From: Octopus sinensis
Taxonomy: Eukaryota
Direction: 5' to 3'
Assembly: GCF_006345805.1 (NCBI RefSeq)
Contig: NC_042999.1
Coordinates: 76,632,001-76,696,000 of the forward strand
DNA length: 64,000 bases
In this document: one piece after another, positions 1 to 11,653 of the stretch
Layout: the number at the start of each line of letters is the position of its first letter
Numbering within the stretch: the first letter of the stretch is position 1
Position numbers and translations under genes: made by a program
The notes under the pieces: model-generated
What the model was told of the DNA's origin: nothing
The model's input: the letters and a program-made list of their open reading frames with translations, nothing else
Database searches by the model: none

Positions 1-160
1 TCCAGTTCAGCCCTTAATCTTGCTGAAACAAAGGCGTTCCAGCTGTAATAATGCCCAATTTGTTCCGTGTATAATGTATCTGGGACTACATTAATTATTG
101 CGGTCTTATTTTTAATTTCCTTAATGTACGATATTGTCATATGAGATTTGGTTATTAAAT
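1..160 (-). CDS. Candidate internal coding exon, runs off the window edge (DLITKSHMTISYIKEIKNKTAIINVVPDTLYTEQIGHYYSWNAFVSARLRAEL)
   Basis: Open frame of about 53 codons after the AG at 161-162 (weak acceptor), phase 1 start. Vague FN3-like pattern only. Confidence 0.3.
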
Positions 161-1607
161 CTATCAGCAAATATAGGCCTCATTATTGGGTCAATAGCAA
201 AACTTATAGTATACTCAAGATTGCTTATTAGAAAAGAAAAGTTTAGAGTATTAATTTCTAATATTGGTACAGGTCAGGAAGTTTTAGAGAGTCTGCAGTC
301 AATCAAATTGACATTATAGTACTCGACGTTAGCATTATTTCATCGACCACCCACTCCCAGAGAGATAGTCGGAAGGACAAGTCACCCTCAGTGGGATTTG
401 AACATGGAGAGCCTTGAATGATTAATGATTCTTCCCCTATGGATTTCGCAAAATGATTAACACTTATCGACATCACAGGAAGTGACAAAATGTGAAATCC
501 ACGAGTATTTTCATTCACAAAGTACAGCCTCAAAACAATAAATTTTTACTCAATTTTGATAGCTACTTCTCGCCGATTGAGCAACCAAACAGACATACCC
601 TTGTTTGTTCATTTAGGTTATTTGTGACATTCATCACTGTACTTAAAGAGTTTCAGTATTTAGGACTTAAAAATTAAAAGTTGAATGTTGAAACGTTATT
701 TTGTATTTTGTTAGATCAATCAACTTGCGAAGTAACAAATCAGCAGAATTAAGAAGTTGAGTTTTTTTTTTCTATTAATGTGCCAGTCTTTCGATAATGA
801 TGAAGAATTAAATGCTTTGATGTTCAATCTGATGCAAAGCGAAGGGGGGATTGCTACTGACTAGTAGTGTGCGGGTAGTGGTTGGGATGGGGGTAATTAA
901 ATAATATCAATTATAAATTACTATTTATAATGAGCCTGCAGAGTTAAATTCAATAAAAAAGAAACTACTTTTAATAGTATCGGCTAATTCAGAGATGGGA
1001 AAAAACTATTTTTGCCTCAGTACATTATATATCGGTTGCGCTTTTCATATCTTTTTCTTTCTTTCTTTTTATATATTGCAAATAAAAGTCCGCAAATTAA
1101 GTATAATAATTAGTAGTGATTGTATTGCTATTGTTGTTGCAGAAATTGTGCCCTAAAACCAGAGAGAACATTCTGCTTTCTATAATAGTATAAAATTCTA
1201 CTATAATTTGAGAAATCACATGATATAGTTTTGAAACTAATTCCATCTATTTATGTTTTCCATTTACATTTTTTCTGTATATACGCTAATATAATTTTAT
1301 ATTATGTTGTTTATATAGCTTTATTTCCGTTTTGTATATTTACTTGTTTATCTCGCTTAATATTTCCCATCAGTTCGCATTAACGACCCTATTAAGAGCT
1401 GATTGATTAGCTGTTAATAGGATTGTTAAAATAAGCAACAGACCGGTACAGGGGCCGACTTAATCAAACGTTCTTTCATATTTGAGACCTTGTGCCAATG
1501 TTAGAAATCAATATTATTTAGAGAGATCAAGAATGGGGAGTTGAACAAAAAATGGATAGTGTACCTTACTCTATTTTCAGCTTGGTAGAAGCAGCAGCAG
1601 CAGTAGC

Positions 1608-1640
<33 letters not shown>

Positions 1641-1689
1641 TGCTGTTGTTATTGTTGCACGAAATGCAAGATGACTACATGTTGCTACA

Positions 1690-1830
1690 TCAAGTACCTA
1701 ACTTTCAAAAGTATCAGCAACACAAGTGACGTAACGAAAACCCACCTTGGCCTACTCCTAGTACATCCTATCAAACTGGAGTATGCCTGCATACACTCCC
1801 TTTATTCTACCGTTTCTACCCTTTATTCAT
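1690..1830 (+). mobile_element. Possible CR1/L2-like LINE RT C-terminal fragment
   Basis: TFKSIS...LLVHPIKLEYAC resembles the LVRPILEYA motif. It is short and diverged. Confidence 0.3.
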
Positions 1831-2166
1831 ACCTTTCTACCTCTCCACCGTTTAATTTTACTAACTGTACCCATATCAAGGCAACCTAATAATAGCAAAC
1901 CCTGCGGGACTCGTGTAACATTTACCATGTAACATCACTCATACGAGAGATAGTAACAGAGTCCGAAAAAAATAGTATTCATCTTAGCAAGTATTATTTA
2001 GCAGTATTGAAATATTCAGGGAGAGAGCTCCCTCTTATATCAGAACGATTATATTCACGTTCCTCCACAGCACGCAAACTTATGTACCAGTTCTGAGTAG
2101 TGAATTGATGGAACATTGTTAGAGCGTCGAGTGGAATTCATTGCAGTTGCAGTTTCGACTCTTTAC

Positions 2167-2307
2167 ATTTTGGAGGCAAGGCATATGATGAGATTGGTGG
2201 CAAGCCTTTCCTTTGGGCCATATCAGTGGCGTGAATAGTAGTGAAAACATATTTATTACATGCATTGACAGCTGCTGCTTTTCCATAAACATTTCCACAA
2301 ACTGCTC
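2167..2307 (-). CDS. Candidate coding exon, 141 nt, phase 1-1 (GAVCGNVYGKAAAVNACNKYVFTTIHATDMAQRKGLPPISSYALPPK)
   Basis: Strong acceptor ttcttcttttag, moderate donor gtaaag, open frame, GC above background. Confidence 0.35.
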
Positions 2308-2657
2308 CTAAAAGAAGAACATTTCTGTTGCAGATAAATGGTCTCACTATCCATAAAGTGGCACTGGAGTCACTAATAACGTCAGTGTAAGTGAGAATAA
2401 CCAGATGGTGATGTGAGTGGGAAAGCTCGTGTAAACAAATATGATATGAATATATGGATGTCCAATTAATCATCATTTTTATACTAATATTAAATTGATC
2501 ACTCTTATGATATATTAATGAGACGACGTCAAGCAATGTAAAATAATTAATTTTGCTTAGGGGTAATGCTTCAGTTGTTGTTACAATGTGTCAATTCCAG
2601 TCAATACGAGTGTGTGCTTCTCTTTCCAAGCCTCTGTATGTGTATGTAATGTACATG

Positions 2658-2731
<74 letters not shown>

Positions 2732-2813
2732 TGTGTAATTGGTAAAGAGAACAACAAACGTTAAGGCAAGGCAAACTTCTCAAGTCATATTATTATTGGA
2801 AAAAAGATTCAAA

Positions 2814-2869
2814 GTCTTACAGGTGTTTCTGGGATATCCCAGAGTATAAGATATTCCGTCTTCGGAGAC
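2814..2869 (-). ncRNA. Second decayed hammerhead copy in the inverted arm
   Basis: The minus strand reads GTCT-CCGAAGA-CGGAATATCTTATACTCTGGGATATCCCA-GAAAC-ACCT-GTA-AGAC, with a different core substitution from the other arm. Confidence 0.5.
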
Positions 2870-3182
2870 AAATACGGAAAATGAGAAGGGTAGAGATTAG
2901 TGAAATGACGACATAGAGGACAGGAGTAAAGGAATAAGATGAAGAAAGAGAAGAAAAAAAGAAGCATGTTATATGTATATATTATACTATCAGGACTTCA
3001 ACCTACATGATTTACGCAGGATTGCATCTAAGGACTTGGGGACTTATTTCTACAAGATCAGAAAGCTGAACTGTGAACTTTTAAGCTTCTTTTTCCTTCT
3101 CTTTCTTCATCTCTTTATTCCTTTACTTCTGTCTTCTATGTCTTCATTTCATTAATCTATACCCATCTTATTTTCCCTATTT

Positions 3183-3238
3183 GTCTCTAATGACGGAATA
3201 TCCCATACTCTGGGATATCCCAGAAACAGCTGTAAGAC
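3183..3238 (+). ncRNA. Decayed minimal type I hammerhead ribozyme
   Basis: Layout is GTCT (stem I), CTAATGA (core, canonical CTGATGA), hairpin ATATCCCA-TACTC-TGGGATAT, GAAAC-AGCT-GTA, AGAC (stem I partner). The predicted cleavage triplet GTA ends at 3234. The core carries a G-to-A change and the stem II closing pair is non-canonical. Confidence 0.6.
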
Positions 3239-3390
3239 TTTGAATCTTTTTTTCCAATAATAAAAACGTATATGACTTGACATGTTTGCCTTGCACATCT
3301 AGGTAGCACAGCGGAATAGGGGCCACCTTAGACTCTGAGGTCAAAACAAATCTAGGTCAACAATAGAAGGGAGTTACAGGAAGCTAGCTG

Positions 3391-3404
3391 GTTGCTATAG
3401 CAAC
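3391..3404. promoter_or_regulatory. RFX X-box-like perfect palindrome GTTGCTATAGCAAC
   Basis: 14-bp palindrome matching the GTTGCYATRGCAAC consensus, in a locally GC-richer unique segment. Function is untested. Confidence 0.4.
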
Positions 3405-3604
3405 ACCCGTCTGGGCATTCCACTCCACACACGCTCACATATACGAACATCGGCAACATTCGTCAATTTCTTGAAAACGTGGTCATGACCCCATAATACT
3501 GAATACAAGATAAGGCTACATTAATTCACATATTTGTTTCCTTGTAAGTTACCTTGCATTTAATTCGCATAGTTTTGGCCTTCCCCACGATCCTTTATAC
3601 AATA

Positions 3605-3639
<35 letters not shown>

Positions 3640-3940
3640 CCCCATTTTCAAGAAATTGACGAATGTTGCTCGTGTGTGTGCATGAGTATGTATACAGGAA
3701 ATTCTCTAACCCTAATGTATGGTAAGTGTTATTGGTTAACGTAGAAAATCTGTTAAATGGAACGCAACTTATAAGCTAGTTTTTATAAAGCCTAAAATAC
3801 TAGCTTTTTCTGCACAATATAAAATTTTTAAGTTGCAATAAAGAACAATGAAATTTTACTTAGCTTTTATTACAGTGTAATTGATAGTAGGTATGTATAT
3901 TTGTATGCAAATGCACATATATACATAACACATATATCGA

Positions 3941-3979
<39 letters not shown>

Positions 3980-4944
3980 TGAGTGAGATAATTGATCCAT
4001 ATCTCGGTATATTATATATGCTTTTTTAAAATATTACTTTGTTCGGTATCAAAATTTCATCGAAAAACAGCCTTGTCTTTGTTGAATAGGATTTCGATCA
4101 ATTGTTCTTTTGTCCGATTTTTTCTTCTACTAATGTCGCCTTCTTTCGGCCAATGCGTTTTCAACAATTGTCTTTTCAAAAATTGTTCCTAGATTCGCAT
4201 GTGTGTGCGTGCGTGAGGGAGATGGAAAGAGGGAGAGAGGGGGAGACAGAAACACAGATATTAGTGATTTCATAACCAGATACTTTCTACTGGTAATCAT
4301 TTGAGCCACTGAAAACTGTCACAGGGTCGATGTGTACATGTATGTTTCATTGTGTACATGCATGTTTCATTGTTTGGACATTTTTTGGACAAGGAAACAA
4401 CCACTTCTGTAGTTTCATTGAAGTGTAAGCAGGAGAAGACTCGATTTAGAAGTCGTTCGCGTGGTAATATTCTCTGTTGAAATACTGTCGATGTTAAAGA
4501 GTTGTGGTTTTATCAGCACATGGGAGAACAACCCCTGTACACATATAGAAACACGTATACACAAATACACACAGACTCCGCTAATTGGGTATTCTTGCGA
4601 CCAGGATAGTCCTGGATAATTGAATATAACTCAACCTTAAAAACAAGATCACGTTTTTAGGCATTACATTAAATATATAATTCTATTTTGTTACAACCTC
4701 AATATCTACCGATTTATTTTATCTGGTCGAATTAAGTTTGCGGATCCATGCCTACTGAATTTCTAAACCATACAGCTATAAGCACATAATTTTCCGCGAT
4801 ACCAATAACTTTGTATAACTGCTTAACCGCAAGATATTTTCATTTATTGTTGGCTCTGAAATTAGCATATGCTCGAATAATTGAACCACTAAAATTACAG
4901 AAATTTTCAATTTCTAAATGTTTGCTTCCCATTAAGGGCTTTAC

Positions 4945-4991
4945 CTGTCTCCGAGTAAGCTCTAAATGGCAGTAAATTGTCCTTTTGTTTC
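4945..4991 (-). CDS. Candidate 47-nt micro-exon (KQKDNLLPFRAYSET or NKRTIYCHLELTRRQ)
   Basis: Acceptor tgttgtaattttag and donor cag|gtaaag. Two frames are open. Confidence 0.22.
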
Positions 4992-5569
4992 CTAAAATTA
5001 CAACAAACGTGGTCTAAGATATATTCACAAAGTAACTGAACAGCGTTATTATTTTCACTTCTTTTCAAACATTATTTCACCTTCAAGCAGTATTGCATGC
5101 TATCTTTTCTCACTGTTCACAAATTAGTTACTTTTATAAATAATGAAAAACATTTTCACTAATGGTTTGACAGCATATATGAAGACACAGCACACTTAGA
5201 TAGCACCCCACACCTTTAATGTAAACAAAAAAAAAACATTGATATCGGCGACCAATGATGATGGTTAAAGAGAAGAGGAAAAAATATATATTCTCGCGTG
5301 ATATACATGGCATTTCCTAAAACATTTTGAACCTTTATTGCTGAAAAAAGTGTCTACAAATTCTTGCCAATTTCCAAGTCAAAAAAATATGATTCAAGAA
5401 TACAAGCGTTGAAAATACTTGGCAGAAGACTTGTCTCATAAATCTACAGACCATGTCCAGGAATCTATATGCTCTCATGATATACAAGGCATTTTCTAGA
5501 ACTTTTTCAGCCTTGGAATAAACGCAAGTCTGCATATATTTACAAATAGATACTATTTTTTCATAAATA

Positions 5570-5903
<334 letters not shown>

Positions 5904-5904
5904 T

Positions 5905-6060
5905 TTGAAATTTATAGAAAATCAAAAGACGAAGACAAGACAGGTCTATGGACAACAAACAAGTGTAATAGTTTGACGCTCGGGAAAATGAAAAAGTCTC
6001 TTACGTTTGGAGCCTACGCTCTTCAACAGAACGGAGTAAGAGAAAATAAACATGGATTCA
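5905..6060 (-). mobile_element. Possible second Penelope-type terminal repeat remnant
   Basis: The minus strand reads CTGTTGA-AGAGCGTAGGCTC-CAAAC-GTA, a hammerhead-like layout with a non-canonical core. Confidence 0.3.
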
Positions 6061-6138
6061 TATTTTTACTCAAATTCATACTATTATATATTTGCATATA
6101 TATATACATACATTTATATATTTAGTTTATACATATAA

Positions 6139-6195
<57 letters not shown>

Positions 6196-6360
6196 CATGT
6201 GTGCGCGTGTGTGTGTGTATTTTCGTTTTACAAGTGTGAGCAAATGTGTTTTGAAGAAGAACTTTTGAGTGAAAAGTGAAATGTTGTCAAATACCTTAAT
6301 AGCTCTTCAATATATTATATATTTCGCACCATTACCATCCATTAAACTATTGAAATCAGG

Positions 6361-6400
6361 TACTTACCTAAAAGTAAAAAACAAAGAAACATAATTAATG
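6361..6400 (-). other. Candidate recursive splice site (3'SS immediately followed by 5'SS)
   Basis: The minus strand reads cattaattatgtttctttgttttttacttttAG|GTAAGTA, with the junction at 6368/6367. Confidence 0.35.
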
Positions 6401-7015
6401 ACATTTCTAATTCAAAACCTAAATTAAAACATATATTCATATTTTTCCTGAAACAGACTTAAGTAGATTGTAGTTAAGTTCCTTACAATTGCTTTCGGCT
6501 TTGTCTTGGTGGATTTCTTTTATTTTTATATATAATTATCAAACTACTTTAGAACACCGAGTAGAAATATTAAATTCACTTAGAATTTACCATGCGGCAT
6601 AGGTTCGATTCCTTCATGTTCCATTAATATTCTTCTATTTCTTATAACAACTTTTCGACTGTAATCCATTCCACAGGGAACGAATATGTTAGGGAAATGA
6701 TGAGTGGTACATAATGTCAAAATCATTTGTTTATTTGGTTATATTTCTTTAAGTTGATGGCTCAAGTACTATCGAGATCGAATTTTAACTTTTATCTGTA
6801 CGTCATCAATAATGTAAATAGCACTAAAAGTGGTGGGAGATCAATTAAATCTATTATATCCCTTAGAAATCAATAATTTAGAGAAGATTGCAATTAATAT
6901 GGTAAAGTAGGATGTGGCAGGATGACCTGACCTTACTTAACACGCTACATGAAGAGAAAATATTTTGTGGTAACCCAACGACGTATTCCCATATCCTTTA
7001 CTTAAATCCATGTCA

Positions 7016-7234
7016 GAATATTGGTTTCAAATTTTGGCTCAATGTTAGCAATTTCAGGAGAGGGGCTAAGTCGATTACATCGACAATAGGGTTCAACTGG
7101 TACTTATTTTATCGACCCAAACCGATGAACTGCAAAGTCGACCTCACAGAATTTGAACTTAGAACGTAGAGGCGGACGAAATGCCGCTAAGAATTTTGTC
7201 CGACTTGCTAACGATTCTGCAAGCTCGCCGCCTT
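7016..7234 (-). mobile_element. tRNA-derived SINE, family N (Nin-domain-like), near full length
   Basis: Head aaggcggcgagc..., B-box-like gttcaaatt and a central gtcgactttgc...ttcatc...gtcgataaaataagtaccag domain shared by many copies in the window. Confidence 0.85.
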
Positions 7235-7760
7235 TCCGTGCCAGAACATTGTTGGTATAATTATTTGATGCCTATAACGAGGAAAAAGTCTAAAACAGAT
7301 CCGTCAATATTTTGAACTCAGGATTTTCAAACAAAACTTATGTAGTCGTAGAGACATGCTGCATGAAATACTAAACTTCGGTGATGACCCAACGTGCAAT
7401 TATAGGCAAATACATTTTCACTCAAACTGAATATCAGTAGGTTTTGAGCCATAACATCTGTAGTTGATTAGATAAAAGTGAATGTGTATTTAATGATGTT
7501 CTTTCTTTTTGTTTCACTATTGAAGACTTTGTATTTACGCACATATGCAACTAAATATATTCTAGTATTAGTTCCTCTTTTACTTATTAACTGTGGCTAA
7601 TTAGAAAGGATTTTAAAATATCATTAACTGAAGACTAGACTGAAGGTCAACGCTTTCTTTTCTCTTTTTTTTTTCTCTCTTCACCTTTTTAGAAATAGTT
7701 GTTATTAACTCAAAAGAGTACCGGAAGTATTTAATTATATTAGGATATTTATATGTATTC

Positions 7761-7945
7761 TGTTATTTGTTTCAGTCATTTGACTGCGGCCATGCTGGAG
7801 TACCACCTTTAGTTGAATAAATCAACACCAGGACTTATTCTTTGCAAGCCTCGTATTTATTCTATCGGTCTCTTTTGCCGAAGTGCTAAATTATGGGGAC
7901 ATAAACACACCAGCATTGGTTGTCAAGCGATGTTGCGGGTGGCAA

Positions 7946-7981
<36 letters not shown>

Positions 7982-8170
7982 GCATACATACATACATACA
8001 TACATACGACGGGCTTCTTTCAGTTTCCGTCTACTAAATCCACTCACAAGGATTTGGTCGGCCCGAGACTATAGTACAAAACACTTGCCGAAGGTGCCAC
8101 GCAGCGGGACTGAACTCGGAACTATAGGGTTGGTAAACAAACTACTTACCACACAGCCACTCCTGCGCCT
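7761..8170 (-). mobile_element. SINE family A (tRNA-like head, internal microsatellite, unique 3' arm)
   Basis: Head aggcgcaggagtggctgtgtggtaag...gttcagtccc, internal CA/TA/CATA tract at about 7946-8007, 3' arm ending gactgaaacaaataa. Confidence 0.88.
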
Positions 8171-8236
8171 ATATTAATTATATTAAGATACTTATAATGT
8201 ATACCATCCTATTTATTTAGACGTAAATGTACTAAC

Positions 8237-8440
8237 AGCCTAGGATAAATGAACTGCTTTCAGCCATAGATGAAAAATGCATCTGAGGCGCAGCATGCAT
8301 AACGCATAAAATTTCGTTTTGTCCTGCCCTTCTTATCAAAAGATTTAATTTCATTTTATATATTGTTAACACCAACTTCCCAAATAATGTTATTCCATCA
8401 ATAATACTCCACACTAATCCAATAGTCATGAGGGAATCAT
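8237..8440 (-). CDS. Candidate coding exon, 204 nt, phase 1-1 (DDSLMTIGLVWSIIDG...SSFILG)
   Basis: Acceptor aattttcag and donor gttagt. Only one frame is open. Confidence 0.3.
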
Positions 8441-9602
8441 CTGAAAATTTCAATTATATATGCATACAAAGCTCGTACATCTGCTAGCGATATTCATGTG
8501 TAAATTTGAACACAACACTGCAAAGGAGCGAAACGGTCCTTAATTGTAAAGAAATCAATCTCATTGTAATGAGTTACTGTTGTTGTTGTTGCTGCTTAAC
8601 CTCAACTGACGTGTCATCAAACGTAATCCAGCCATGGCCATCCTACCTTTAATTCAGACATATAATATATTCCATTTCTAATCTTTGATAATGTTTTACT
8701 AGTAGAACGAGGTATCACGAAGAATGAGATCTTTCATTGTCAGTAATATACATTGGTATATGTTTACAACCAAGTAAACTGGGCTGTTTGTGAGTTAAGA
8801 GACTGCAAACAGAATGTTGTTTTATCTGCGCCCATGAATACTAAGAAGAATATTTATGAATACTTTCAGTCTATATCAAAATTGTACACAATAGAGGGAC
8901 AGAAAATATAGAACTAGTTCAATATTGATATATTTAAATACTAACTTAACATATATTTATAATTATTGATTAAATGGTATTTACTGGTATTAATAAAGGA
9001 AAATTGAGGTAAAAGAATATGTTAAAATTATATATTAAATATTAACAATTTTAGTGTAAGCATATTTTTTTTAATAATTATTATACCAGCATAGTTTTGT
9101 ATAAGCTGGGTATGAAATTCATACTTAGAGTAATTGTGTAAATAAATAAATAAGAGCTAGTTTTAAAAATAAAACAAAATAAAATAGATAATCATTGGTA
9201 GAACATTATAGAAAAGAGGTAAAATGGTTTATATACCAAAACTATGGTAAGGTATATTTAGCTTATTAACATCAATAGGGAAGATGTTTTTAGAAAAAAT
9301 TTAACAATTCAAAATGTTAGACTAAAAATTATGTTTACTTGTCAGGATAATATCCATAAAAGACTGATGTTTAATGTCACCTAAAGAAATAATTAAGTTA
9401 TGGAACAAAATTTTTATTATCGACTAATCTTTTTATAAAATTAAGGGTTATATTATAGGCTTAAGAAGTTGTTATTATTACACCCTACATGATATTTATA
9501 TTTTCTAATTGATACTTATTTAGAAATGTTATTTATATAAAGTTCTTTATACATACTAAGATCAGGAGGGTAGAGCTATTTGAGAAAAAGAGAAATCCTT
9601 GT

Positions 9603-9806
9603 TGCTGGGCGAAATTCGTAGCCGTATTTCGTATGTCGTTACGTTCAGAGTTCAAATTCCGCCGAGGTCGACTTTGCCTTTCATCCTTTCGGGGACGATA
9701 AATTAAGTACCAGTTACGCACTGGGGTCGATGTAATCGACTTAATCCCTTTGTCTGTCCTTGTTTGTCCCCTCTGTGTTTAGCCCCTTGTGGGTAGTAAA
9801 GAAATA
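9603..9806 (+). mobile_element. SINE family N, young copy, tail type 1
   Basis: High identity to 30488-30720 and to the reverse complement of 18503-18735. Ends gtgggtagtaaagaaata. Confidence 0.9.
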
Positions 9807-11110
9807 TATGTATGTATGTTATATAATATTATATTTATAATTATTTTATATATTAAATTATATTATTTTATATATTATATTTCTACATTTTGTTTGTTTT
9901 TCGTCTGTTAATATAGTTCAATATGATACGTTTTCCTAGATTCGTAAATACTATCACTATACATCTGAGAAACTACCGTCACGTTAATACATTACATAAT
10001 TGTTATTTGAATTATTGTTGGGTTGCTAAGGCAGAGAGACATTAACGAACGAATCAATCCTTCGTTTGTATCATGGCATTGGCGTTAACATGTATTTATT
10101 GACAAGATAAGAGAAGACCCGTAGCTTTCAACGTGAAGCAAGAAGTTATCGGTTGTAAGGCTATAAAATTAACTACTGGTCCGATGGCTTGCAATACAAA
10201 ATCCAGTCCCGCCGGCGGAAAAACAAATCTATCTCATGGAGATTACTATCCTATCCGTTAAAACCAGATAAAACTAGCAACCTAGTGAACCAGAATAGTT
10301 ATTTAGTGGTAATAAGATTTAATCCTGGGCAATTTTTTAAATGATTACTTTCTGTCGAAGGTAAGAAAATATTAGTTAATTACATACATAATCAATACAA
10401 AAACAGATCAATAGATTGATCAGGCTTTTAAAACGATATTTTCTTTGTTTTTTTATCTTATTTTATTTATTTTTTTTTTTTTAGCTATAATATAATAAAA
10501 TTTTCTCTGTTTATTGTGTGTGCGGGTGGGTTAAATGTTTTCATAAATTATAAAGTTTTATTGATTCGTTTCTGCTCCAGTAGTATGTCTGTTCAGACAT
10601 GTTGTAAACACTGACAAGAAGTTATTCATATGATTTAGTTGAGGGGTATTGCATTGCTTGCTAGCAGACAAGCTAATAAAATAAATGTACCTTACTTAGC
10701 AATAAACGAAATAAAATGGAAGAAAAATAAACGGTTTTATTTTACAAACTAGTTCTTTGATACGTTTGGGCTATTTTTTTTTTTATATATATTTTATTTA
10801 ATGTGGTTGGCCGTGTATGCATTTAAGTACGCATATATGTCTGTAAAATATGTGTTATCTCTTTATAGAATTTGGTATTGTGTGGTATATGGTGTGTGTT
10901 TGCATAGGTTTGTAAGTATTTAGGAATGTATCAACTTGATATATGTATTTGTAACAATTTATATACTTTGGTGAGTTAATGTAATTGTATGCGTAGTTTT
11001 GTGTGTGTAATATGTTTATAGCTTTTACAAAATTTTTCATGTGTTACTGTAGTTGCATCTGTGATTATTTCCAGACTCCCCCCACGCACACTTAGGAGCA
11101 CGGGTGTATT

Positions 11111-11202
<92 letters not shown>

Positions 11203-11560
11203 AATACGCCTATACAGACATACGTACGTACGTATGTATGTATGTATGTATGTCCTATAAATCGATCGAGTTTTCGGTCATAAAACATTTTTAAATACCG
11301 GCTTACTAAGACGGTACTTTGTGTGTGTGTGTGTTTGTGCGCGCGTGCGTAAGTGCCTGCATGTGTAATATTTCTTTACATCTATATTTGTGCGTATATG
11401 TAACATATTTACCACACGCTACTGCATTTGATATGTTTAATGCTCACGTGTTTGAGCTGCGTCTATAAATATTATAACTCTTTTGTCTATTTTGTGTGCT
11501 TAATATTCGAGTATTTATAGCACATTTTGTGGGTTAATTTAGTGTGTTAATACAAAGTAT

Positions 11561-11653
<93 letters not shown>

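Larger units (their letters stand above)
2766..3294 (+). mobile_element. Penelope-like element remnant: inverted terminal repeats (arms 2766-2965 and 3085-3294) around a 119-bp spacer
   Basis: The arms align as reverse complements at roughly 85-90% by eye. Each arm contains a hammerhead-like motif. The spacer reads ...TYFYKIRKLN, loosely like the C-terminus of Penelope GIY-YIG ORFs. Inverted LTR-like repeats are typical of 5'-truncated Penelope insertions. Confidence 0.65.

Noticed and set aside
134-677. ORFs 134-319, 303-533 and 492-677
   Set aside because: Short overlapping frames with no motif and no coherent splice signals, within chance expectation.
8900-9530. Very AT-rich stretch resembling a NUMT, with small hairpins such as gtatgaa-a-ttcatac
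   Set aside because: No diagnostic mitochondrial rRNA, tRNA or protein motif was found in either strand under the invertebrate mitochondrial code. A BLAST to the mitogenome would settle it.
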